A stretch of DNA of 64,000 nucleotides from Leucoraja ocellata (Eukaryota). The stretch is taken from contig JAWMAR010000008.1 of assembly GCA_036785375.1 (NCBI GenBank), positions 806,001 to 870,000 on the forward strand, in the 5' to 3' direction. Below are positions 1 to 11,827 of the stretch, piece after piece. Every line of letters starts with the position of its first letter. Positions within the stretch are counted from its first letter, which is position 1. A program made the position numbers and the translations under genes. The notes under the pieces were generated by a model. The model was not told where the DNA came from and did no database searches. It was given only the letters and a program-made list of their open reading frames with translations.

Positions 1-282
1 TGATTGCATCATGCTGAATGCCCTTAAATCATTTTTTGTGATATTTAGGAATTGGTCTGAATTATCATTGTTGCAACTCACTCCTTTTTCTGTTTATTGG
101 AACCACATTTGCTGGACTGGGGAACTTGCCACATTCTGTTTGTAAAGGAACTTTAAAAAAATAAAGCTAGCAATGGGGAATATCTCCTTCAATTTCTCAA
201 ATACATTATCATCTGTCCAGAAAATTTGGAACGATATAATTGCTCTGGAACATGTTATTTACTGATTGCTATATTTATTACA

Positions 283-468
283 GGTAGACAAAAATGCTGG
301 AGAAACTCAGCGGGTGAGGTAGCATCTATGGAGCGAAGGAGTCTAAAGAAGGGTCTCGATCCGAAAGGTCACCTATTCCTTCGCTCCATAGATGCTGCCT
401 CACCCGCTGAGTTTCTCCAGCATTTTGGTCTATCTTCGATTTATCCAGCATCTGCAGTTCTTTCTTAA
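283..468. repeat. Penelope-derived palindromic repeat (inverted pseudo-LTR arms)
   Basis: Arm gtagacaaaaatgctggagaaactcagcgggtgagg and its reverse complement cctcacccgctgagtttctccagcattttggtctatc. Confidence 0.75.
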
Positions 469-1520
469 ACACCGATATTTATTACATGTCTCTCTGGAAT
501 GTGCCTATACTCCTGGCCTGTGTACACTATTCTGAAGAATCCATTCAAAGTCTTTGCTGCGTCTTGAGCATCAGAGGTGTCTTGCAACTAGTCTGTAATG
601 GTGGGTTGTGATCAGTGTCATGGCTTAACCAGATCTTTCTATACTGGTGACATATTTCCTATTCTGCACTGTTCTTAGAAGTGAACTGCAATTTTCCTTT
701 TTCTTTTATTCACTCACTCTCAATCTTGTCTTTATTTTCCCCCACAGGCTTTGACGTCACTTGCAAAGTCATGAAAGATGTTAATAGGTCTGCCAGGTTT
801 TGATTTCCTTTTCATGTTTACTGTCCTGATATGACCTTGCTCATTCTATTTGGTGGCTTAACCTAAGTGAAAATATTCTTTCCCTGCTGATCTCAGCCAT
901 GCCTCACTCACCCACAGTTTCACATCGGTGAAAGATCAACTCATTGTGCAAAAGACAGGAAAAAATTCTGAAACATCAGAACTGACAAAAAAAAAATTAG
1001 AGGTCTCTGTTGCTGCCAAGTCTACTTACAATGGTGAGCAGTTACTTTCAGCAAAACCTGCATATCAACAACCAACTGTCACCGGATTAGCGACGTTAAC
1101 ATATCTGAAGGGAACAAGAGCAGTTTCAATAATAGTTGTGCAGATGAGGAACCCCAGTCGTGACAGTGCAATTTAATGAATTTAGTCTCTGTGAATAATG
1201 CAAACTACGCAGTTAACGCTGCTTTTTGTTTGAAGGGGTGTACGTTGAATTTGTTATTTCTGATATTTCTAGCTTCGGAAGGCAACTCAAGTTGGATGGT
1301 TAAAGCATGGCCTGTCAATTTATCTACCATGAACAGCAGGGGAATTTCTGTTCAATATTTGAGGTCTCTCCTGTGCTTAATCTGCTTAAATTTCAGATGG
1401 TGTTCTGACATCTATTGACTTTGTTCTCATTACAATTACTGACGGGATGTTTCCCAGTCAATAAGTTAATTAAGACTGAATATCCAAGTCATAAAGGCAA
1501 AGAAAACACCGAAGTTACAA

Positions 1521-1748
1521 AAGATAGACACAAAAGCTGGAGTAACTCAGCGGGACAGGCAGCATCTCTGGAGAGAAGAAATGGGTGATGTTTTGGGTCG
1601 AGACCCTTCTTCAGCTCGGATTTGAGAAGGATCTCAATCCAAAACGTTACCCATTCCTTCTCTCCAGAGATGCTATCTTTCCCGCGGAGTTGCTTCAGGT
1701 TTTTGTGTCTATCTTCAGTTAAACCAGCATCTCCAGTTCCTTTCTAGA
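1521..1748. repeat. Penelope-derived palindromic repeat
   Basis: About 95-bp inverted arms (gatagacacaaaagctggagtaactc ... gagttgcttcaggtttttgtgtctatc). A half copy lies at 2049-2128. Confidence 0.75.
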
Positions 1749-2941
1749 CTGAAGTTACAAATATTGGTCAAAGCTGATTTGGCAGATTAAACAGTTGAAG
1801 ACGTTTTAGACTACAGGGTAAATCAACTGGTTTGCTGATGCTCATTACTGCTCAGTGTGTCACTGGACTAATTAGGTGTCAACTGTCTTAGTCACAGTGA
1901 AAACAGTAGCAACCCTGGTACAGATCTATCTCAACATACTGCGGTAACAACTGAATTATAAGGGAAAGTACTTGCAAGTAAATATTATGGAGAAGGGGTA
2001 AAATAGGTCAATGTGGTATTAAAAGAAAGGGGGGATCTTTATTTCCATAGTAGACACAAAACGCTGGAGTAACTCAGTGGGACAGGCAGCATCTCTGGAG
2101 AGAAGGAATGGGTGATGTTTTGGATCGAGTAATTTCCATAGTAATGGTGAGTGAGAACATGGGAAACAGGTGAATGATAGTGAGTGTAACATGAATGCAA
2201 CAGAAACTGGTAGAACTGCTAACCTAAATTGGAAAATTATACCATTTGAACTGCTCATCTAAAATGGAAAATGATAACATTTGGAAAGCACATGTGAGCA
2301 ATCTGGCGATTTGATTAGTGGAATTATGACAGTGCCCTGCGTAGGAAGCCTTTTTGCATCACCACTGCTGGAATAGACAAAAAGCTGGAATTTTAAAAAT
2401 CCAGTTACATTTTTGTTAATACATAAATTGCATAAATAAAATGTTTTTCTTACTAAGACTGGAAGAAACTTGGCAACAGAACTTTCTGCACCATTTGCAG
2501 ACTGACATCACCTCAACAACCCAAGGAGCTGCCAAACCAGAGTGCAGCTTGATGAAAACTAGCAAGTCTTGACCAACTGCTCTTTAAAGCCCTTTGATAC
2601 CTAGTTACACAGGGTTACACGTCAGCTGTGCTGGCGAGGACTTGCGAGTATTCCTGGCAAAACAGCTCGAGTGAAAAAAACAGCCAGAAAAAAAGACTTC
2701 ACGTTGTAGGTAATTAAAATAAATTAGAATTCAAAAGCAGGAAAACTCATTATAGCCGAGGTACAAAATCTCCAAACACAAGCCCTTTATAGATGTTAAC
2801 ACGAGAGCCACATCTGTTTAGGACGGATGATATAAAGGAGAAGAAAGCTGTTCCTCACTGAAATACCTTTCACAATATCGGAGACTGGTGTGAAATCCAC
2901 AGTCTCTCAAGGTTTCTGGTTCAATTCAAAGGCTGGAAGAA

Positions 2942-2999
2942 TTTATTTTTGATTGGTAGAACAGTTGATGGTTCACCTGCCTAGTTCCTGATTTTTATT
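2942..2999 (-). promoter_or_regulatory. Candidate polyadenylation signals (AATAAA x2) for the exon 10b 3' UTR
   Basis: TTTATT on + at 2942-2947 and 2994-2999, about 0.9-1 kb after the stop. More distal copies also exist (e.g. 705-736), so the true end is unresolved. Confidence 0.35.
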
Positions 3000-3915
3000 T
3001 TGTTTTGGTAATCCAAAATAAATTTAAAAAAAATGATAGCATTTGTAAAGTTCCAACCTCATTTCACTTTAAATAAAAAAGAAAAAAAAGCTGAATCCTT
3101 TAAAGATACTCTTCAGATCTTGTCAGCCTTTTCTCTACCATTGCGGGGAGTGATAGCACCACTTGAGAATCTTCATCAGCAAGTCTTCTTCACATGAAGA
3201 AATGACAGCGAATAAAAAACTGTTATCAGCAAAGGAGTAAGGCTGAGATCAAAAGAGAGACTTCAAAGACTGCCTGGCAGCTCCTCACCAACAGTAGCAA
3301 TCACGGAGTCTTATATTTAGAGCAGAACTTTCTTGGACCATATCATTTCGCCATCAATGGTAGTGTTATTGTGAAGAAATAGAATTTCCACAGAACACTT
3401 GCAGTTGGGATAATGACCGGCAGCCTAGTCCAGTGGATATCATTGTGCTGATGAGATGTCGATCACTGCATTCTTCCAACCTTGACAAGATTTGAAAGCT
3501 CTTAGGGACTAATTGAGTTTAAAAAAAAAAAAAGATATTGCCATTTTGTGATCAGTATCTTACAAAATGTCGACTCCAGCCGTTGTGTCTGTTGGTGTTT
3601 ACTGGGCTTTCTTTGGCTTTGGCAATCAAATGGGTTAAGATCAATCCCTTTAAATGTGAAGAGTTTTGTTTTTTCCCAGGGCCAAATTTTCTTGTGTTTA
3701 TGGCAAACAGAGCATCATTGAAAAAGAAAAAAAGAGGAAAAAAAAAATGTTACCATACCTTAACAGCCAGAAAGAGCAGGACCAGTAAAGGAAGTAATGC
3801 TAGATAGTCATGCAGAGGAACTTTTCTCAGTGATACCGAGTGAAAGTCACTTCATCCCACAAAGTGGCTGAAAAGCCCACATCACATTGGTAGATTCTTT
3901 CCTATTTTGTGTTTC

Positions 3916-3996
3916 TCAAAATCCAAACACTCCCCCAACTGTGGATGCAATGACGACCCCCAGCACCACACAGCATATAATGATCATGATCTTCTT
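3916..3996 (-). CDS. STX1A: Canonical terminal transmembrane exon 10b: KKIMIIICCVVLGVVIASTVGGVFGF*
   Basis: Acceptor ggctacag, phase 0, TGA at 3916-3918. Matches the STX1A tail KKIMIIICCVILGIVIASTVGGIF including the Cys-Cys pair. Confidence 0.95.
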   Translation of the reverse strand, partial: KKIMIIICCVVLGVVIASTVGGVFGF

Positions 3997-6554
3997 CTGT
4001 AGCCCCCACATCCAAGCAGCATGACAGGAAGAAGAGGAGAAAGTGTTAGTTCTGTAACTTTATTTACATTTAAATGATTCAGGGTTTTTACAGAATGGAA
4101 GATGAAGCAATTCCAAAACAGATTATAACCTTCCCTTTACATCAGTAAATGTTCTTATTGATATCTTCTTGTTGCAGGCTCTTCATTTTAACAAACCATT
4201 AACATTTCAGAACCTACTTTGAAACATAAGTCCCTCACATTTCAAACCTCCCGCACACCACACATCTCTCGGTATAAATAGGACATCACATATTCCATCA
4301 CCACACTCCATCATATTCAGAAGCCATCCTCACATTAGACAACTGCTCACATTCGATGCAAACTACAACAACAATGCTCCCACTTCATATTTTAAATCTC
4401 TCTTCTTAACAAGTACCTGACATTAAACACTCGCTCATGACATTTTTTGTAGATTTAAGTAGCTGGAAACAGCTGGGGAGGTAGAGAGTATGATGTCTTC
4501 TTTCGACCTTTAATCTCAATGTAAAATGTTTACACATTATTGAAGTTAGTTAATAAGTTTTTGACTGGCATCTTACCCTAATCTACTTTTTGCTGTCAAA
4601 TTTGTATTTACAGTAATTGAAAAGCTTTGCAAAAGGAGCAGATTTTGGGAGAAAGAAGAGTATTCAAAATCCAATTTGGTTCAATCCTGAGTTGATAATA
4701 CAATACAATTTTAAGAGAGGGGTGTGATTCCAAGTGTGTGCACAAAGAGGTGTAAAGTGCATGTCCGCATGTAAGAATGTTATTTACTTTCAATTCACTT
4801 ACCATCAGCAGGCATTGAACTACATGAGGCTCGAAGGGCCGAATGGCCTACTCCTGCTAATTTCTATAGGGACACATTTTAGATTCCCTGTTGAGATGTC
4901 TGTTAAAATCTAGGCTATAATATAGACCTAAACTATCTTCTATTCCTTGTGGCCAATGGAATCATCAGCTTCTCCAACTTCTGTCAGTCTGTTATAGCAG
5001 CTCAACTATCCCATATAGTCCCTCACTCGTCACCTCACACACACCTTGTGAAAGGGTTGTAAACGTTTTAACAGTAGAGCGGCCATAAAATATACAATCA
5101 TGCAAAACAGCAAGCCACATCTTCAGAAATGGATGAGGAGAAAGTGAGAAATGTAATGCTGATACAAGAAGAACCGAGTAAAATCTAGAAAGGTACAACT
5201 CTCCTGTAGAACTATGGCACTATCCACATGTATTACATAGTGCTGTAGTTTTACAGCTGGATAATACTGTTCCAGTAACACATTCATTAGCAGTAGTGGA
5301 GACACGGGAGAGGATCCATGCTGTAACACAATACATTTCTCCCATGGCAATAAGGCTCATTTATTTTTGGGGAGAAATCGTATTACTTTTATTGCATAGT
5401 GTATTTATGTTTTTCCTTGGAGTCTATTATTATTCATTTTTTTGGGGTTAAATAACAGCACAGTTTGTATCACAGTTGATCATTTCTTTCAGATCAACGA
5501 ATTATTGTATTTTTATTATTTTGCCTTTGTCATTATTTCCTTTACAAGAATTGTTGTCAGTATTACATATGCCCATATATAATATGTGATAAAAGAAATG
5601 TTGACAATTTATAATTTTCCTTTAGTATGGTGAAAAACAAGCAGATAGAATGGAACTATAAACTGCAATGAATGATTTTATTTTGTGTTGTAAAATTATA
5701 TATTGAATATAATTTTGTGTTTGATATAAATACATTACCCTGTGCAATATTACTTAGAGAGACGGCATGATAAGCCTCAGTGTCCAGGATTGATATGGAA
5801 GGAAAAACAGTCAGGAGTATCACCTCTGATCACTACCCACAGACCTCTGCAGAAGTTCATGCAAGTACTCAGGAACTAAGGATGTAAAGCCAGACACAAT
5901 GACAAAAGGACACATATGTAGACCTATTCAAGAGATATTGAAAGGAAGTTCGCTTTCATTGTATACTTGCCTTTTTGGCAAGGGTTTATAATTTGTTGAA
6001 AAATACCAGATCTCTTAGACTTTTATTATAATCATAGCCAGAATCATTCTCAAAACCATTCAGACAACACCAATGTAAGTGTCGAGGTTAGGAGGAAAGC
6101 AAAACACTGCAGATGCAGGTTCTGATTGTTATTAAGTTATGCAGGGCTTATTGTGTTGCCATTTGTCAGTGTCGTAAATTTAGATCTATATTTTTTCCTG
6201 TAGAACTGTTCACGACTGCAAATTCATATATGGCAATATCCACACTCGTTCCTGCCTCTATACATGAACATGATCATGTTTTTATATGTTTTTCTTTACA
6301 TGTATCTGCATGTTTGATTATTTCCAAAATTCACATGGATCTGTGATGTCTTTTCCTGCTCTTTAATTTTTTTATTTTTTTTATGGGCTTAGTGGCTTGG
6401 ATTTCCCCAAGAAGATGGCAGGAATTTCTCATTGTAACTTATGATACTCATGCAAACATGAAACTTTGAAAAGGAATGCCTGTGGATTCATTCACTGTGA
6501 TGTTTGTACAGTTTCTTGGGGAGTTGATCAAGTGGGGAGGTTAGTACCTGACAA

Positions 6555-6885
6555 AGTATATTAAATTATGAAAGGCATAGATAGATTAGACAGTCAGAAC
6601 TTTTTTTTCCCATGAGGGAAATATCAAGTGCTAGAGGGCAAAGCATTAAGGTGAGTGGGGCAAAATTTAAAGATGTGTGGGGCAAGCTTTTACACAGAGG
6701 TAGGTGAGTGCCTGAAACCTCTGCTGATGGTCATGGTGGTGTCAGAAACGATAGTGGCATTTAAAAGGCTTTTGACAAGGCACATGGATATGCAGGGAGA
6801 TAGGAGTTGGCCTTGGCATCATGTTCAGTATAGACATTGTGGTCCGAAAGGGCTGTTCCTGTGCTGTACTGTTCTACGTTCTATT
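6555..6885 (+). mobile_element. CR1-type LINE 3' fragment (diverged)
   Basis: Typical 3' end: YKIMKGID-like coding remnant, tttacacagagg, tail ccgaaagggctgttcctgtgctgtactgttcta. Confidence 0.7.
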
Positions 6886-7447
6886 TTTTTAGGGCCAATT
6901 TGCTTCGATATGTGCGTCAGATAATTTGCATCTAATAAAAGCATTTTTTTTAAATTAGGACCCATGGATTGGTGTATGTGTCTGATCTGTAGATATTTGC
7001 AATGGATCATGTTTAGCAACAGTAGGCTGTAACTTCCTGGTAGTGGAAGGCTGCCCTTCTTCAGCAATAACATAGGTGCTAACCATGCATTTATATTTTG
7101 CTGATCCTTCAGTGTCAATATTTTGTATAGTCCCATCCTATTCTAAAAGGGAGAGATGCTACACAGTGACATGGTCATGTTATGCAATGGTGACATTTGA
7201 TAGACTAGAAAATGCCCAATATACAAAACAGCTGAAAGAAAAATCTGACAACCAGTAAAGCTACATCTCAAGCTTTACCAGCTGTCAAGAATTCTGAATG
7301 TCACTGGCATTATAGGAACATCCAAAAACAATTAAAAATGAACTTGCAGAAGTCCCCAGATCACCACCAGATTCCATAAGGAACAGTTGGGAAACTGCTG
7401 GCAGAACTCGCATAGCAAGTTGGAGACCTCCACAATTGCCCGGGAAT

Positions 7448-7917
7448 AGACAATAGACAATTGACAAATAGGTGCAGGAGTAGGCCATTCGGCCCTTCGA
7501 GCCAGCACCGCCATTCAATGTGATCATGGCTGATCATCCCCAATCAGTACCCCGTTCCTGCCTTCTCCCCATATCCCCTGACTCTGCTATTTTTAAGAGC
7601 CCTATCTAGCTCTCTCTTGAAAGCATCCAGAGAACCTGCCTCCACCGCCCTCTGAGGCAGAGAATTCCACAGAATTCCACCACTCTCTGTGAGAAAAAGT
7701 GTTTCCTTGTCTCCGTTCTAAATGGCTTACTCCTTATTCTTAACCTGTGGCCCGTGGTTCTGGACTCCCCCAACATCGGGAACATGTTTCCTGCCTCTAG
7801 CATGTCCAAGCCCTTAATAATCTTATATGTTTCGATGAGATCCCCTCTCATCATTCTAAACTCCAGAGTGTATAAGCCCAGCTGCTCCATTCTCTCAGCT
7901 AATGACGGTCCCGCCAT
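7448..7917 (-). mobile_element. Young 5'-truncated CR1 LINE 3' end
   Basis: ORF 7606-7917 (LGLYTLEFRMMRGDLIETYKIIKGLD...FFSQRVV) is the CR1 ORF2 C-terminus. (ctattgt)n tail. Flanked by direct repeat CCCGGGAAT at 7439-7447 and 7918-7926. Confidence 0.88.
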
Positions 7918-8837
7918 CCCGGGAATCTTCCAACCTCCAAAATTTAGGAGTAAAAGTTAGCAGTTCGGGCCTAAGCATAGTGTTTGCAACAGACCTGAGG
8001 CCAAGTTATATTCTGAAGAGATACCTAAAATAGCCAACAGGGAATGCCCAAAACCTTTATTTCTATGGACATCCAGAGATGTATTACAAAGAGACCATCA
8101 GCTAAATTGGAAGCTCGTGGAATAGAAGAAGAATTAGCGGTTTAAGATTTGACTGAGTGGCAGCAAATGGACGATTGAGTTAAGGTTGGATGTTCAAATT
8201 GGCAGCATAACTAAGATTAGCGTTGGGGTTGCAAAGAGTACTTGGATGACATGATAGAAAACAACATATTTAATTTGCCTGGCATGGCAAAACCGAAAGC
8301 ATTATAGACAAGAGCATTAATTTATAAGGAGCTAATGGATTAGGCAAATGCACAAAACAGGACTGATGTGACTGAATACCTTCCAAATGGTGTTAAACCA
8401 GAAACAATGGAGATCCAAAGGGGGGGCTGGATAAAGTATCACGGACAGATACTGAAAATAATAGGGCAAATATAATACTGGATTTTATATTGAGATTTTA
8501 TATAAAATACTGGATTTTATATCGAGAAATAAAATTAAAAGAAATTGAGAAATTCTGCTATGTCGTGATTGGACCATGCCTGGAGCACTGGGTGCAGTCT
8601 GTGTGCTACAAGTTGGGAAGGATATTTTGGCCTTAGACAGGGTAAAGCAGATTTATCGCAATAATATCTTAATTCTGAAATTCAACTGAATCTTAAGGAT
8701 TACATAATAAAGAGAAATTATGCAAAGGCCGTACTTCATGCAATTTACAAGGTTAAAGGGTTATCTGACAAGTTTTCAAGATAATAAAGGGAACAAATAC
8801 CAGATAAAGATAAACTATTTCCACTGATTTAAGAGTC

Positions 8838-9228
8838 CATCGAGGGGATTTATCGCAGTCGCTGCCTTAAAAAGGCTGGCAATATCATCAAAGACCCGCA
8901 CCATCCTGGCCACACACTCATCTCCCTGCTACCTTCAGGTAGAAGGTACAGGAGCCTGAAGACTGCAACAACCAGGTTCAGGAATAGCTACTTCCCCACA
9001 GCCATCAGGCTATTAAACCTGGCTTGGACAAAACTCTGATCATTAATAACCCATTATCTGTTATTTGCACTTTATCAGTCTATTTATTCATGTGTGCATA
9101 TGTTTATACAATGGTATATGGACACACTGATCTGTTTTGGAGTAAATGTCTACTATGTTCTGTGTGCTGAGGCAAAGCAAGAATTTCATTGTCCTATCAG
9201 GGACACATGACAATAAACTCATTTGAAC
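8838..9228 (+). mobile_element. Rex1/Babar-like LINE 3' end inserted in an older CR1 remnant
   Basis: Translates as RCLKKAGNIIKDPHHPGHTLISLLPSGRRYRSLKTATTRFRNSYFPTAIRLLN, then a 3' UTR ending gaatttcattgt...tgacaataaa. Confidence 0.8.
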
Positions 9229-9342
9229 CTGAGATGAAATGGCAGTCTAAAAATTGAAGTGAGGAATGAACACGTACTCATAAATTAGTCCGTCTGGAAC
9301 TGTTAAACTCAGATTATGAGGTTGTTAGATTTTTAATGGGAA

Positions 9343-9711
9343 CTAGACCAAGTGCAGACCCATTGGGAAGGGGGGTGGGGGGTTTGGAGCACTGGAGTGC
9401 CCCTCCCTCCCAGAGTGGCCCGACCTGCCTTGGGAGTGCATTGTGACATCACTCGGATTTTTTTTTCCAAAATGGGTGAGTTTGAAGAAATCGGGCTGTT
9501 TTAAAAAATTCAACAATTAATAACCAGAAATATAGATGGAAATGCGACAGGAAGATATTTATCGCTACCATGGGGGAAAATGTGAGTAGGATTTGTGAAA
9601 ATGGGAAGGCTGTGGCCTAGCGTTTGGAAGATGATAGGAATTAACAGGATTTACACATACAGAGACACGTCGTGGGCACAAACAAGACAAAGACTTTTAG
9701 TTATATAGAGA
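9343..9711 (-). mobile_element. Non-autonomous Helitron-like element
   Basis: On - strand begins A|TCTCTATATAACTAAAAG and ends cacttggtCTAG|T (5' TC, 3' CTAG, AT target, no TSD). Partial subterminal palindrome (cccaatggg). Confidence 0.6.
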
Positions 9712-9910
9712 TAACAATGGGAATAAGCAAACTTTGTTTTAGCCAGTCCCTTAGGATTTCGGATGAGTTGCTTTCATTCTGGTTCTGAGGTGGCTGATAA
9801 GGCCAATATAAGACCTTCCTTGGGCAAGTGTGGCTAGTGGGGTGGTCAGGTATGTGGGATGTGAAGCAATGAGCTCCTTCTGCTCATTACGTTAACCTTC
9901 TGCATGATTT

Positions 9911-10138
9911 GTTCAGTTTAGGGACACAGGATGGAAACATGCCCTTTGGCCTGCTGAGTCCATGCTGACCATTGATCACCCGTTCACACTAGTTTAATGT
10001 TTCCTTCTTTCTCATCCAAGCCCATACAGTTATAGGGAGAACGTGTAAACTCCACACTGACAGAACCCAAGGTTGGGATCGAACCCATGTCTCTGGCGCT
10101 GAGAGGCAGCAGGTCTTACTAGGTGCACCACTGTGCCG
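9911..10138 (-). mobile_element. HE1/V-SINE-like tRNA-derived SINE (internally deleted)
   Basis: Reverse strand has an A box (ggcacagtggtgcacc), B box ggttcgatccc and a CR1-derived tail. Confidence 0.75.
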
Positions 10139-10922
10139 GCCGAAATTCTCAGTGTCCTTCTGAATGCTCCTTATCTACTTTGAGCTGCCTGTATGGGCTC
10201 AGAAATCTTATGTTGCATTTTTTTTTTCTCCATAGGAGGAGGATATATTAAGTCACTGAACGGGCATAACAAGATCTGGAAATTAAATGGGTGAGTTCTA
10301 TTCCAACATTCATTTAGTAAAATTTGCTTGGCCATTTGCAGAGAGAATGACGAATAGTTTGAGAGAGACATTGACAAAGGGAAAAGAGGGAGAAGAGTGG
10401 AAAGAAAGACTGAAAGACAGGATAGAAAAAAAGGTAAAGTAGTAAGATGGGAAATAGAGAGGAAGGGAATGGAGAGTAATTGATTTTAAAATTATTTATA
10501 AAAATAGAAAAATCGCTGCAGAACTTCACCTGAATTCATCGTGAACTAATAAGTTTGTAAAATCATGGATCATATTCTGCTAAGGCAAGATGCAAATCAA
10601 TAATGCTTCTTAAGATTATACACATTGAAAGTAAACTAAAATGATAAATAAAAGAGTGTTGCTTGAATCCTGATGTTGCTCTTCAGCTTATGGAGATGCC
10701 AAAGCAAGCGAGGTCCGCACACAAGAGGAGAAGTCAGACCTGCAAGAATCATGCTCTTGGTGCCTGTAAGCAGCCCCTCCAGGAAAATCCTAGGTGTTGG
10801 CAAAATGAAATGGAGGTGTCCAGGAATGATGAGTTGTCGCCTTTCCTTTTCACACAAGCATACCATGGAACAACAGCTCAGCTTTAGTCAGGATGATTCG
10901 GTGGGTCATGCACTTTCGAGCA

Positions 10923-11000
10923 TTAACTGAGAGACACAGCCAAAGCAATGATGATAATCAACAGTACTACTGCAATGCATATTCCTATAAAGATCATTTT
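10923..11000 (-). CDS. STX1A: Alternative transmembrane exon 10a: KMIFIGICIAVVLLIIIIALAVSLS*
   Basis: Strong acceptor gttttcttcccttcccacag with branch-point-like CTCAC about 28 nt upstream. Phase 0. Lys followed by a 24-aa uncharged tail anchor and TAA. Too short for the ORF track, translated by hand. Confidence 0.82.
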   Translation of the reverse strand, partial: KMIFIGICIAVVLLIIIIALAVSLS

Positions 11001-11037
11001 CTGTGGGAAGGGAAGAAAACAGTTTGGTGAGGCTCGG

Positions 11038-11043
11038 CATGCA
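11038..11043 (-). promoter_or_regulatory. Rbfox element UGCAUG next to the exon 10a branch point
   Basis: CATGCA on + at -43..-38 from the acceptor, 6 nt upstream of the CTCAC branch candidate (11027-11031). A second copy lies at 10907-10912, just after the stop. Confidence 0.6.
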
Positions 11044-11449
11044 AATACGCACATCACACAAAGAAACTGCAGTAGCAACTAAAACATTCAAAATGTGATG
11101 CAAATTTCTGGCTGACAACTGGGCATATGTTACACACTGGAATAATACATTCAAAGTCATGACAGGAGACCAAACATGTCCCCACATATCTATGGCTCAA
11201 GGTTGGATAATGTTGGATGGCCAATTGAATAATGAGATAAAACCATGGCAGCACATGTGATGGGACTGTGGCAGTGTGTTCAGAGCACTATAGTCCCCAC
11301 AGAGCATCTCGGAATTTTTTCCAATAAAGAACCTTTAGAATGAGGTCTTATGACGTTTACTTTCAGCATGAAGATTCAGACTGCTATTAGAGTGCTTGGG
11401 TGTCAAGTTAGGGAAAGTAGCTTTTAGTTAGGATGGAGTCCCATCTTGC

Positions 11450-11827
11450 TACTTTATAGAGATGTGTAAGATCATGAGATGAATAGATCGGGTAGATGCA
11501 CAAAGTCTCTTGCCCAGAGAAGGTGAATTGAGGACCAGGGGGCATAGGTTTAAGGTGAAGGGGAAACGATTTAATACGAATCTGAGGGGTAACTTTTTCA
11601 CACAAAGGGTGGTGGATGTATGGAACTAGCTGACAGAGGAGGTAGTTGAGACAGGGTCTATCCCAACATTTAAGAAACAGTTAGACAGGGACATGGATAT
11701 GACAGGTTTAGAGGGATATGGACCAAATGCTGGCAGGTGGGACTAGTGTAGCTGGGACATGTTGGCCGGTGTGGGCAAGTTGAGCCGAAGAGCCTGTTTC
11801 CACACTGTATCACTCTATGATTCTATA
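11450..11827 (+). mobile_element. CR1 LINE 3' end
   Basis: Coding remnant tttatagagatgtgtaagatcatgag, then ttttcacacaaagggtggtg and tail gccgaagagcctgtttccacactgtatcactctatgattcta. Confidence 0.8.

Noticed and set aside
720-1176. Plus-strand acceptor-like sites (cccacag at 747 and 917) and an 82-aa ORF, possibly the end of a convergent gene
   Set aside because: No recognisable protein in any frame and no linked exons. Cannot be supported without transcript data.
4992-5120. Possible third terminal exon after a pyrimidine tract (MWLAVLHDCIFY...)
   Set aside because: The acceptor is a weaker AAG, the phase-0 peptide is not a TM helix and is not syntaxin-like, and the hydrophobic frame is out of phase.
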